A stretch of 24,289 bases of DNA, from positions 1 to 24,289 of the forward strand of contig DASTHR010000209.1 of assembly GCA_035718105.1 (NCBI GenBank), in the 5' to 3' direction. Under the pieces are notes generated by a model, which saw nothing but the letters and a program-made list of their open reading frames with translations, had not been told where the DNA came from and searched no databases. Shown piece by piece: positions 16,854 through 24,289 of the stretch; within the stretch, counting starts at the first letter, position 1; the number at the start of each line of letters is the position of its first letter. This DNA comes from Burkholderiales bacterium. GTDB lineage: Bacteria > Pseudomonadota > Gammaproteobacteria > Burkholderiales > UBA6910. A program made the position numbers and the translations under genes.

Positions 16854-17036
16854 ATGAGGCCGGCGAGACAGCGGGATTACTGGGAAGCGGCGAAAGTTGT
16901 CGGTATGGCGGCGGCGGTGATCCTGCTTTCCTTCGCCATCGCCTTCGCGCTGGCGGAGATCACGTTTCCGGAACGGCAGCGGGTGGAAGTCCCGATGAAT
17001 TCCGGCGATCTGGCTCAGCGGCCGGGCCTGCGGTAG
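16854..17036 (+). CDS. 60-aa single-pass membrane protein
   Basis: GGAGG RBS, ATG 16854, one hydrophobic helix VVGMAAAVILLSFAIAFALA. Confidence 0.6.
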   Translation: MRPARQRDYWEAAKVVGMAAAVILLSFAIAFALAEITFPERQRVEVPMNSGDLAQRPGLR

Positions 17037-17178
17037 GGGCCGGGGGTGGCCGGCGTGTCCGCCGGTCCGCTGTCCCCGGGGGGCGAATGGAGCCCTGAGA
17101 ATCCGCCGCATACCGATGAAGAAGAGTGCCAACAGCCCGACCCGCGCAGCCGAACGGCTCGGCGCAGGGTGCGGCGGA

Positions 17179-17206
17179 ATGACTGCCAGGTCGGCGATCG
17201 TATAAC
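17179..17206 (+). promoter_or_regulatory. Candidate sigma70 promoter ATGACT-N16-TATAAC
   Basis: -10 at 17201-06, about 35 nt upstream of a terminator, with no ORF between them. Confidence 0.4.
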
Positions 17207-17211
17207 AACAA

Positions 17212-17266
17212 CACACTGGGAAAGCACTACGTCCTCCACTCAGCCCCTCCTCGCGAGGGGCTTTTT
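17212..17266 (+). ncRNA. Candidate ~55-nt sRNA with an anti-Shine-Dalgarno GUCCUCC seed
   Basis: Promoter-like hexamers, unpaired gtcctccac, then an intrinsic terminator; architecture like the betaproteobacterial CU-rich 'toxic' sRNAs. Confidence 0.45.
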
Positions 17267-17666
17267 GTCACCGCCGGCGGTCTTTCCACGATTTCCCGCG
17301 GGTTGCGGACCTTGTCCGCGCGCTTCACCGGCGTCGCCCTTCGGCGCGGTTCCCCTGGGTGCGCGATCTGCTGCCGCCTGCGCTCGGCCTGGGGCAGGTT
17401 CTTGTCGTCCGTGACCGCCAGGACAATGCCGCGAATGGCGCGGCCGAATTGCGCATCGGGTTCCTCCGGCGTGGTTTCCCTGTCCTCCACCATGTCGTGC
17501 AGCAGCGCGCGCAGAATACCCTCGGCTCGCGCACTCCCGCTTGATTCCTGAGGTCAATGGCGAGCGCAATGGGATTGTTGATGTGGGGCGAGGCGTTCGG
17601 GTCCGTGCGGCGTTGGTCGCGGTGCTTGCGGGGGTCGAAGGCCAGGGCCCGCAGCACCGGCGCCAT
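17227..17666 (-). pseudogene. Frameshifted, C-terminally truncated HD-domain (Mesh1/small alarmone hydrolase-like) gene
   Basis: Frame 1 gives LRALAF..KHRDQRR.DPNASPHINNPIA...VFC. A 1-nt deletion near 17505-17510 switches to frame 2: ALLHDMVED.ETTPEE...FG...IVLAVTDDKNLP...VKRADK. Confidence 0.8.
17242..17266 (+). terminator. Rho-independent terminator
   Basis: Stem AGCCCCT/AGGGGCT, 7-nt loop, followed by a T-run. Confidence 0.8.
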
Positions 17667-17692
17667 GCTTTCCCGGGCATGGACTCGGGTGC

Positions 17693-18052
17693 TTACAGGC
17701 CGGCGTTCAGGTAGTAGAACACGAAGCGGCCGTCCTCGACGTCCACCTTGAGGCTGGCGCCGCGGTGCAGCGCATAGTCCACGTACCCCGGGACCGCGCC
17801 CGCGGCGTGGCATTCGCTCGCGTGCTGGGGCGACTCGAAGTCGCGGTCGCGGTCATACCAGGAGAGGAGCATGGGGAACTCCATGCGCCCCTTCGCCTCC
17901 GCCTGGGCCAGGCGCAATGCCGCGTCCAGAGCGCGGCAAGGCGGCTGCGGATGAAGTTGCACCGTTTGCACCTCCGGAAGCGCCGGGCGCGGCGCGGCTC
18001 CGCAGGCGGGCGCGGCAGTTTCGGTTTCGTCCGGACGGTGGTTCATGGGCAT
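17693..18052 (-). CDS. Small conserved protein, AF1514-like
   Basis: WYDRDRDFESPQHASECH...PGYVDY...G.LKVDVEDGRFVF; family assignment is from memory. Alternative start at 18046. Confidence 0.6.
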   Translation of the reverse strand: MPMNHRPDETETAAPACGAAPRPALPEVQTVQLHPQPPCRALDAALRLAQAEAKGRMEFPMLLSWYDRDRDFESPQHASECHAAGAVPGYVDYALHRGASLKVDVEDGRFVFYYLNAGL

Positions 18053-18192
18053 CTGGCGGCGGGATTCCTGCGCGCTCCAACCTAAGCCTGACCCGATGAA
18101 TCAACAAGTTTTTAGGAGGCTCCGTGGCGACGGATTGCGCACACTCCGTGTTAACATCATTTTGGCCGGCCTAACAATATTAGGAAATCGTG

Positions 18193-19149
18193 ATGAGGGA
18201 GCTGACGGAAAAGGACGTCGAAGTCCTTGCCGGGTCGAAACTGTTCCATCTCGTTGAACTGGATCTGGTGGACCACCTGCTGGAGGACTGCTCGGTGCGG
18301 ACCCTCCGCAAGGGGGAGGTGCTTCTGGCCGAAGGCAAGCGGGCCAGCGAGAGCGTGTTCGTGGTGCTGGAGGGGGCCGTTAGCGTCCACTTGGGCGGCA
18401 AGAGCGCCGACCCTTACACGATCATCAATCCCGGCGAATCCGCGGGGGAGATGTCGGTCATCGACGGACGCCCGATCTCCGCCACCGTGGTGGCGACCGA
18501 ACCGACGCGGGTGCTGGTCATTCCCGAGCTGGTGCTCTGGTCGTTCGTGAGCACCTCGCACCAGATGGCGAGGAACATGCTGCTGGAGCTGTCGCTGCGC
18601 ATGCGCCATGACAACGGCGCACTGGTGGCAAGCATCGAGCAGCAGCGTGAGCTGGAGCAGGCGGCGAGCACCGACGGGCTCACCGGCCTGCGCAACCGGC
18701 GCTGGATGAACCAGGCATTCCGGCGCGAGATTGACCGCTGCGCCCGGGACAAGAAGCCGGTGAGCCTGATCCTCGCCGATCTGGACAATCTCAAGCTCGC
18801 CAACGATCGCGGCGGCCATCTGGCGGGCGACGCGGTGATCTGCCGGGTGGCCTCGGTGCTGCTGCGGAACCTCCGGCCCATGGACCTGCTTGCCCGCTAT
18901 GCCGGCGACGAGTTCTGCCTGCTGCTGCCGGGGACCAACGAGACCGCGGCGCGGCGGGTGGCGGAGCGGCTGCGTTCCGCGGTGGAGAAGGAAGTCCACA
19001 TCGATCTCGGAACCGGACCCATTCTGGCCACCGTTTCCTGCGGGGTGGGCAGCGGTCCCCACGACTGCACCCTTGAGGAACTGTTTCGCGGCGCGGACGC
19101 GTCGCTCTACCGCGCCAAGGAAGCCGGGCGCAACCGCGTCGGCAGCTGA
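18193..19149 (+). CDS. cNMP-binding (Crp-like) domain fused to a GGDEF-family diguanylate cyclase (AGDEF variant)
   Basis: N-terminal GESAGEMSVIDG beta-roll; DGLTGLRNRR, DLDNLKLAND..GHLAGD, RPMD I-site, RYAGDEF, LYRAKEAGRN. Confidence 0.9.
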   Translation: MRELTEKDVEVLAGSKLFHLVELDLVDHLLEDCSVRTLRKGEVLLAEGKRASESVFVVLEGAVSVHLGGKSADPYTIINPGESAGEMSVIDGRPISATVVATEPTRVLVIPELVLWSFVSTSHQMARNMLLELSLRMRHDNGALVASIEQQRELEQAASTDGLTGLRNRRWMNQAFRREIDRCARDKKPVSLILADLDNLKLANDRGGHLAGDAVICRVASVLLRNLRPMDLLARYAGDEFCLLLPGTNETAARRVAERLRSAVEKEVHIDLGTGPILATVSCGVGSGPHDCTLEELFRGADASLYRAKEAGRNRVGS

Positions 19150-19159
19150 GCCGCCGCCC

Positions 19160-19996
19160 TCAGTCAGCCGCGGCGCGCTGCAGGAGCCGCGCCAGGCCCG
19201 GGTATGCGGGTCCGCGGGCGATATGGTACTTGCGCGCGGCGTCGCCCCAGGGCTCCGAAGCGGCGGCCCGGCGCATGAAGGTCTCGGCGTCAGCAACCAT
19301 GGAGCCGCCCACGGCCGTGACGCCGCGGGCAAAAAGCGGGTCCGGAACGCAGCCGGCGCTGGGACCGATGATCACGAACTCCTCCGCGTGCCTCGCCTGC
19401 TCCAGGATCCGGTCCAGGGAGTCGTTGAGCAGGACCGTGCTGGTGGAGACGATCTTGTTGCAGCGGGCGAGCCGTGCGGCGTCCAGGGTCACGCTGAAGC
19501 CCGGCTGCTCCTGGACCAGGTCGGCCCGCAACTCCACCACCAGCAGGGGAATGCCCTGGGTCCGCACCCGCTCCACCAGCGGCCTGAAGAATCCAATCAT
19601 TCCGAGATGGTCGCCGGGCCTGAATTCCATCGAACCCAGGGAGTTTGTCGCCAGGTCGGGGGTGAAACCGGCGCGGCGGAACAGCGACTGGCACAGGGCA
19701 TTGATGGTCGCGAGGCCCAGCGCCCGGTCCACCGGGTCGCTTCCCTGAAAACCGCCGGCCAGGGCCAGGGTGGATGCCGTCTGGCGGCCGCGGCGCGCCT
19801 GGATGCGCTCCAGGGTGTCATCCAGCAGGACGTAAGCCGTGCCGACGGCGCCGTCAGCGAGGCGCACCGCGCAGAACTCCGCGTCCCTTCCGGGGTGCGC
19901 CTGCCAGCGGGGGATGTGCACCCCGGCGATCGCCGGCGCGCCCACGGTTTCGTGGATGCGCCGGGCCGCGTCCAGCAGGTCCGCGGCGATGCTCAT
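19160..19996 (-). CDS. DUF364-family Rossmann-like protein (putative heavy-metal chelation)
   Basis: RALGLATINAL, GMIGFFRPL, STSTVLLNDSLD, IIGPSAG...LFARGVTAVGG pattern; ATGA overlap with the upstream gene. Confidence 0.78.
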   Translation of the reverse strand: MSIAADLLDAARRIHETVGAPAIAGVHIPRWQAHPGRDAEFCAVRLADGAVGTAYVLLDDTLERIQARRGRQTASTLALAGGFQGSDPVDRALGLATINALCQSLFRRAGFTPDLATNSLGSMEFRPGDHLGMIGFFRPLVERVRTQGIPLLVVELRADLVQEQPGFSVTLDAARLARCNKIVSTSTVLLNDSLDRILEQARHAEEFVIIGPSAGCVPDPLFARGVTAVGGSMVADAETFMRRAAASEPWGDAARKYHIARGPAYPGLARLLQRAAAD

Positions 19997-20565
19997 GGCA
20001 GCAGCCGCGGCGGAAGCCCGAGGGCGCGCGCCGCCCGGCCGAAGCCCTGGGGATCGAGCCACTCCCAGAGCCCGGCGCCCACCGCGGCGACTCCGGCCAG
20101 CGCCAGAGTCGCCCCGAGCAGGGAGCGGGGCAGGGTGAGCAGCAGTGTCCGCAGCATGCCGCGGTCGGTCTCGGGATGGAGCATCAGGATCGAACCCGCG
20201 CCAAGGGCAAGCAGGCCGCCCCCCGCCAGGACGGGGCCGGGCCGGTGCGACAGATGTGCCAGCACCCCGGATGCGAGTCCCCGGCTCAGCAGGTAGCTCC
20301 AGGCGATCACGGCGGCGCCCGTGAACAGGAGCATCAGCCCCCAGACCACCGCCTGCGCCCCCTGGTAACCCGTGCCGCCGTCGCTGCGGAAACGGAAGCC
20401 GGGCTCCCGCGTGAACACCGACTCCGCCCCCGCCAGGGCAATGCCCGCGCCGACGAGAAACACCCCGACGTGAAATGCCTGGGGCGCGTGGAAGAATTTC
20501 GCCGCGATCATGGCGATCACGCCGACGAGCACCGCGCCGTACTCGAGAAAGGCCAGCATGCGCAT
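19993..20565 (-). CDS. Multi-pass membrane hypothetical protein
   Basis: About five hydrophobic segments; stop overlaps the DUF364 start. Confidence 0.7.
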   Translation of the reverse strand: MRMLAFLEYGAVLVGVIAMIAAKFFHAPQAFHVGVFLVGAGIALAGAESVFTREPGFRFRSDGGTGYQGAQAVVWGLMLLFTGAAVIAWSYLLSRGLASGVLAHLSHRPGPVLAGGGLLALGAGSILMLHPETDRGMLRTLLLTLPRSLLGATLALAGVAAVGAGLWEWLDPQGFGRAARALGLPPRLLP

Positions 20566-20693
20566 GGGGCGCCAGTTTACGCCGGCGCTCGCGGTTGCGC
20601 TTTCGAGGCGTCGCATGCTAGACAGGAGGCACGGGGGACCGGGGAGTTCGACCCGGCGGCAATTTGTGGACAATCGCACAGGGGGAGGCTTTC

Positions 20694-21137
20694 ATGCTCA
20701 TCGAGCTGGATTCGGGTCTTTACATACCGGAGGCAGAGGTGCGGGAGATACGCCGGAGCCTGGGGCCTTCGGCGCGTTTCCAGTGGACGGTGAAGACCCG
20801 CAGCGGCGAGAAGCACCCCTGCAATGAGCTTACCATCACGCATTTTGTCGAGAACACCACCCGCATCTACGGCGTGTCCCTGGCGCGCTACGACGATGGC
20901 CGGGAGGAGATCACGCGGCTCACCGTGGTGGCCTGGCGCATCACCGCGCCGGCCCTGGAGCGCGTTCCCAACCGCGCCCAGTGGGTGGAGCCGGTGTTCG
21001 CGGGCGATTCCCGGGACGCCGGGGTTGCCGTGTGCCTGCACGATCCCGAAACCGGCCAGTACTGGGACCCGGGCATGTGGTGGGCCGACGACTGGGGCAA
21101 GGCCCTGGAAAAGCTGCGCCGGTCGGCGCAGAAATGA
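20694..21137 (+). CDS. Hypothetical protein (147 aa)
   Basis: GGAGG RBS, ATG 20694, GC3-biased codons; no recognised family. Confidence 0.7.
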   Translation: MLIELDSGLYIPEAEVREIRRSLGPSARFQWTVKTRSGEKHPCNELTITHFVENTTRIYGVSLARYDDGREEITRLTVVAWRITAPALERVPNRAQWVEPVFAGDSRDAGVAVCLHDPETGQYWDPGMWWADDWGKALEKLRRSAQK

Positions 21138-21209
21138 GTCCCCGCCGGATGTGCTAAATTGGCCCGCGGTGGCGTGCCGCCGCGATCAATCAAGAACAAG
21201 GGAGGCTCC

Positions 21210-22457
21210 ATGCGTAATCTTGCATCCTTCGCGGTCGTCACGGGCGGAGTGCTCCTCGCGCTGCCGGTCCTGGCGCAGCAGCCCAGGCCCGCCGCCCAGT
21301 ACTGGATGAGTATCGCCACCGATTCCATGAACGTGCCCGGCATGGAGGGTGCCGGAGCGGGCGTCGGCGGCCTGCTGGGCGGCATGGGAATGGGTGGCAT
21401 GGGCGGCGGCCCGAGGCGCAGCCTGCTGCTCGACCTCGTGGGTCCGGACGCTCCGCCATCGCCGGCGGCCGAGCACGAGATTCCGGCGGGGCTGAAGATG
21501 GGCCGCAGCCTGCCCCTGATCACGCCGCCGGCGCCGAGCCGCGAGCCGGGCGGGCCCGAGGGAGAGCCCGGCCGAGAGGACTGGCGCTTCCTGCTCTACT
21601 GGGGCTGCGGCGAGAGCGTGCGTTCCGGCCAGCCCCGGGTGTTCGACACTGCCAAGCTGTTCACCGCCGAGCAGTCCCAGGCGTTCGTGTCCCGCGGCGG
21701 CCCGGCGCAATATCCGCCCCGGCCGCGCAAGGGCTGGACCTACGGCGAGTGGCCGAACCGCGATGACCGCAAGGAGATCCCCGCGGGCGGCTCGCTCCAG
21801 GGCGATCACCTGGTCAAGGGCAACTACACGCCGGAGATCCGGTTCCGGCTCGACCCGCGGCGCGACTTCATGGACCCCGTGCAGTTCACCCGTGTCGAAG
21901 GCGGTCTCGGCGATCCCGTCCGCGTGGAATGGAAGTCCGTGCCCACCGCCATCGGCTACTTCATGACCGCCATGGGCACCAACGAGAAGCGGCGCGAAAT
22001 CATCATGTGGTCGTCCAGCGAGCTGCAGGATACGGGCGCCGGCCTCATGGATTATCTGCCCAATGCGTCGGTCAACAAGTTCATCAAGGACAAGGTGGTG
22101 TTCGGGCCGGACGTCACCCGCTGCACGATTCCAAAGGGAATCTTCAAGGACGCCGACGGCGCGTTCCTGCGCCTGATCGCCTACGGCGACGAGCTCAACC
22201 TGGCGCATCCGCCGAAGCCGGCCGACCCGAAGGCGGCGTGGAACCCGATCTGGACCACGAAGGTGCGGCTCAAGTCCACGGGCATGGCCATGCTGGGCGG
22301 CGAGGAGGGCGGCATGGGCCAGGCGCCCTCGAAGCGGGAAGCGGCGCCAGAATCGAAAGGGGAATCCACTCAGGCCAAGCCGGAGCCCGAAAACGCCGAT
22401 CCCCTGAAGGACGCGGTGGAAGGCGCCAAGAAGCTGAAGGGCCTGTTCGGGTTCTGA
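21210..22457 (+). CDS. Secreted hypothetical protein (415 aa)
   Basis: GGAGG RBS, signal peptide (VLA-QQ), strong codon bias, Gly/Met and Pro-rich segments. Confidence 0.85.
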   Translation: MRNLASFAVVTGGVLLALPVLAQQPRPAAQYWMSIATDSMNVPGMEGAGAGVGGLLGGMGMGGMGGGPRRSLLLDLVGPDAPPSPAAEHEIPAGLKMGRSLPLITPPAPSREPGGPEGEPGREDWRFLLYWGCGESVRSGQPRVFDTAKLFTAEQSQAFVSRGGPAQYPPRPRKGWTYGEWPNRDDRKEIPAGGSLQGDHLVKGNYTPEIRFRLDPRRDFMDPVQFTRVEGGLGDPVRVEWKSVPTAIGYFMTAMGTNEKRREIIMWSSSELQDTGAGLMDYLPNASVNKFIKDKVVFGPDVTRCTIPKGIFKDADGAFLRLIAYGDELNLAHPPKPADPKAAWNPIWTTKVRLKSTGMAMLGGEEGGMGQAPSKREAAPESKGESTQAKPEPENADPLKDAVEGAKKLKGLFGF

Positions 22458-22669
22458 CACGTGCGGATTTGGCTGCTCACGGTTGGTATTTGGCGCCGCA
22501 GATTGAGCGATGTCATTGCGACTTCGCAATCGTCGCCGTCTGCGCGGCGATTTGCCGCGGACGGGAGCCGAGGGACCGTTGGATCCTCGTGAAACGGTCG
22601 GGATGCGCCGGATTCCGGGCCCGGCACCCCACGCGACCCTCAGCAGGCGGCGCGGGGGAGGGACAAACG

Positions 22670-22745
22670 TGGCGCCCCGGAGACGAATCGAACGTCCGGC
22701 CTGCCCCTTAGGAGGGGGCTGCTCTATCCACTGAGCTACCGGGGC
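22670..22745 (-). tRNA. tRNA-Arg(CCT)
   Basis: 76-nt cloverleaf: acceptor GCCCCGG/CCGGGGC, D-arm GCTC/GAGC, anticodon stem GCCCC/GGGGC with loop CTCCTAA, TTCGATT T-loop, encoded CCA; TAAAAT -10 at 22757-62. Confidence 0.96.
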
Positions 22746-22759
22746 GCGAGGGCGGGATT

Positions 22760-22984
22760 TTACCGCAAAGCCCGGGTCCCGGCCTCAATGGGCCACCCCA
22801 GTCGGGCGCAGTGGCTGCCGGTGCAAAAGAGCCGCGCCTGCGCATCCACCACCATCTTCCAGATGCCGATGTTGCGCGATTGCAGCTTCAGCAGCCGCGG
22901 CGTGACGGTCGCAAGGGCGAAGCGCACCACGGTGTCGGTTCGGAACTCGTCGAACCGGACGACGACGGCTCCGTCCGCCGTCAT
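22760..22984 (-). CDS. Possible 74-aa hypothetical protein or gene remnant
   Basis: GC3-biased codons; no clear RBS; in frame with the Hsp20 stop codon. Confidence 0.3.
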   Translation of the reverse strand: MTADGAVVVRFDEFRTDTVVRFALATVTPRLLKLQSRNIGIWKMVVDAQARLFCTGSHCARLGWPIEAGTRALR

Positions 22985-23020
22985 GGCGTAGGCGCCGTCG
23001 CCGTCCGCCGGCGCGAGTCC

Positions 23021-23452
23021 TCAGTGAACCGTCAGGCGCTTCGGCATCGCATTGCTCGCCTTCGGCAGTATCAGCGTCAGGATGCCGTCGACGTACTTCG
23101 CCTCCGCGCGCTCACGGTCGAGTTCGCAGCCCAGTTGCAGGGTCCGGGAGCACTGGCCGGCCCGGCGCTCGCTGAACAGAAGCTTGGCCTCGGGACCGGC
23201 CTCCTTCTCTTCCTTCACCTCGCAACTGATGGTCACCTGGCTGCCCTCGATGGCAACGTTGATATCCTCCTTGTGGACGCCGGGGATCTCTACCCCGACG
23301 CGGAAGTGGCCGTCGGTTTCCCAGGCCTCCACCGGCATTGCGCGGACTGCGCGGGCGCGGGCAACCGGGCGCCACAGGGCGAAGTCGTCGAACATCTCCT
23401 CGACGGTCTTGTCCAGGTCGGCAATCAGGGGGTTGTATCGGGTGATCAGCAT
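23021..23452 (-). CDS. Hsp20/alpha-crystallin small heat-shock protein
   Basis: VEIPGVHKEDINV, FSERRAG...RTLQL, AKYVDGILTLILPK; GAGGAGG RBS. Confidence 0.93.
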   Translation of the reverse strand: MLITRYNPLIADLDKTVEEMFDDFALWRPVARARAVRAMPVEAWETDGHFRVGVEIPGVHKEDINVAIEGSQVTISCEVKEEKEAGPEAKLLFSERRAGQCSRTLQLGCELDRERAEAKYVDGILTLILPKASNAMPKRLTVH

Positions 23453-23507
23453 AGGCACCTCCTCAATATGGTCTCCAATCAAAGACGCGCACATGCGTGC
23501 TATCCCA

Positions 23508-23535
23508 ATATGGTGTCGCGCAGGGTCGATTCAAG
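23508..23535 (-). promoter_or_regulatory. sigma32 (RpoH)-type promoter CTTGAA-N14-CACCATAT
   Basis: Near-consensus match (CTTGAA...CCCCATNT) 55 nt upstream of the Hsp20 start. Confidence 0.75.
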
Positions 23536-23565
23536 CGTGCCGCCGCCCGCGAGTCGCGGCACGCA

Positions 23566-24289
23566 TCAGGTGCCGGCGATGCGGTCGTAGTAGCGGGCGC
23601 GGTAGAGGAGGCGGCGCTGGGAGGGGGTCTCGGTGAAGGCCGAGCGGTCGTGAAGGACGTTGTTGCAGAGCAGGCCCATGCCGGACTCCAGCCGGCCGTG
23701 GAAGATCCAGGGCGAATCGCCGGCGAGCAGGGTCTTCAGGGCATCCACCGCGGCCAGGGTTTCCGGGTCCGCCTTCCATGCGATGGATTGGGTGCGGTGG
23801 GTGTAGCGCATGTGCAGCGCGCCGGTGGCCGGGTCCACGGAGAACACCGGTCCGGCCTGCTCCGGACGGGCGACCCCGTCCTCGTCCACCCGGGGCGGGA
23901 TGCTCATGGCATCCGGCGCGGACAGGGCGCGGATGAAATCCGGGTTGACGTCGCGCAGCAGCAGGTAGGCCATCTCGTGATCCAGCAGGGCGTTGTCCCC
24001 GCCGCTGGCGGCCGGCGTGACGCAGTGCAGGACCATGGCGCGGATGTTGCGGTCCGGCGAGTTGTAATAGCCGTCGGTGTGCCAGCGGATGGGGCGGTTG
24101 GTGTAGGGGATGAAGGCCTTGCGGTCGCCGGATTCCGCCACCGCCAGAGGCGTGATGCCGTCGTCGTCGGCCAGCAGGTTGCAGTCCAGCCGCTCCAGCC
24201 CGAACTGCCGCCCCAGCAGTCGCGGGATGTCCTTGTCCGGGTCGGCGCCGCAGCGGGAGGCGTAGAGCGCCATGTTGGCGCGGCGGCAG
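23566..24289 (-). CDS. TauD/TfdA-family Fe(II)/2-oxoglutarate dioxygenase, 5' end outside window
   Basis: WHTDG facial-triad motif, LHC...GG.N.L.D, NNVLHDR; the frame stays open to the window edge (CRRANMALY). Confidence 0.88.
   Translation of the reverse strand, partial: CRRANMALYASRCGADPDKDIPRLLGRQFGLERLDCNLLADDDGITPLAVAESGDRKAFIPYTNRPIRWHTDGYYNSPDRNIRAMVLHCVTPAASGGDNALLDHEMAYLLLRDVNPDFIRALSAPDAMSIPPRVDEDGVARPEQAGPVFSVDPATGALHMRYTHRTQSIAWKADPETLAAVDALKTLLAGDSPWIFHGRLESGMGLLCNNVLHDRSAFTETPSQRRLLYRARYYDRIAGT

Noticed and set aside
22670-22745. tRNA-Arg as the insertion site of a genomic island covering the left of the window
   Set aside because: Plausible in general, but no integrase, att duplication or obvious compositional break is visible here.
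23453-23515. ROSE-type RNA thermometer or second RpoH promoter (ACCATATTG occurs twice)
   Set aside because: No U(U/C)GCU pairing with the SD, and no -35 for the second copy.

Overview
High-GC bacterial DNA, probably a betaproteobacterium (an impression from gene content, not tested). It has three parts. (1) 1-10.7 kb: a copper/silver-resistance cluster entirely on the minus strand. In transcription order: CopL/CzcI-like leader ORF, secreted repeat protein, OmpR-type regulator plus HAMP kinase, secreted His-motif protein, P1B-1 Cu-ATPase, SAM methyltransferase, DUF2933, ICMT-type methyltransferase, a second CopL/CzcI-like leader ORF, cytochrome c, CusF, Met-rich Spy/ZraP-like protein, and DUF411 (cut by the window edge). 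(2) 10.9-16.7 kb: a NarL/LuxR regulator divergent from an operon of TonB-dependent receptor, orphan ABC-type binding protein and hybrid histidine kinase. (3) 16.7-24.3 kb: a mixed region with a candidate anti-SD sRNA, a frameshifted Mesh1-like HD hydrolase, a cNMP-AGDEF cyclase, DUF364, hypothetical proteins, tRNA-Arg(CCT), a sigma32-type Hsp20 and a TauD-family dioxygenase (cut by the edge). The two best leads are the paired, apparently leaderless Cys/His leader ORFs ending in RPPL (candidate metal-sensing ribosome-arrest peptides) and the transporter-less TBDR-SBP-kinase-regulator module (candidate trans-envelope signalling system). Family names come from motif recognition only; no searches were run.
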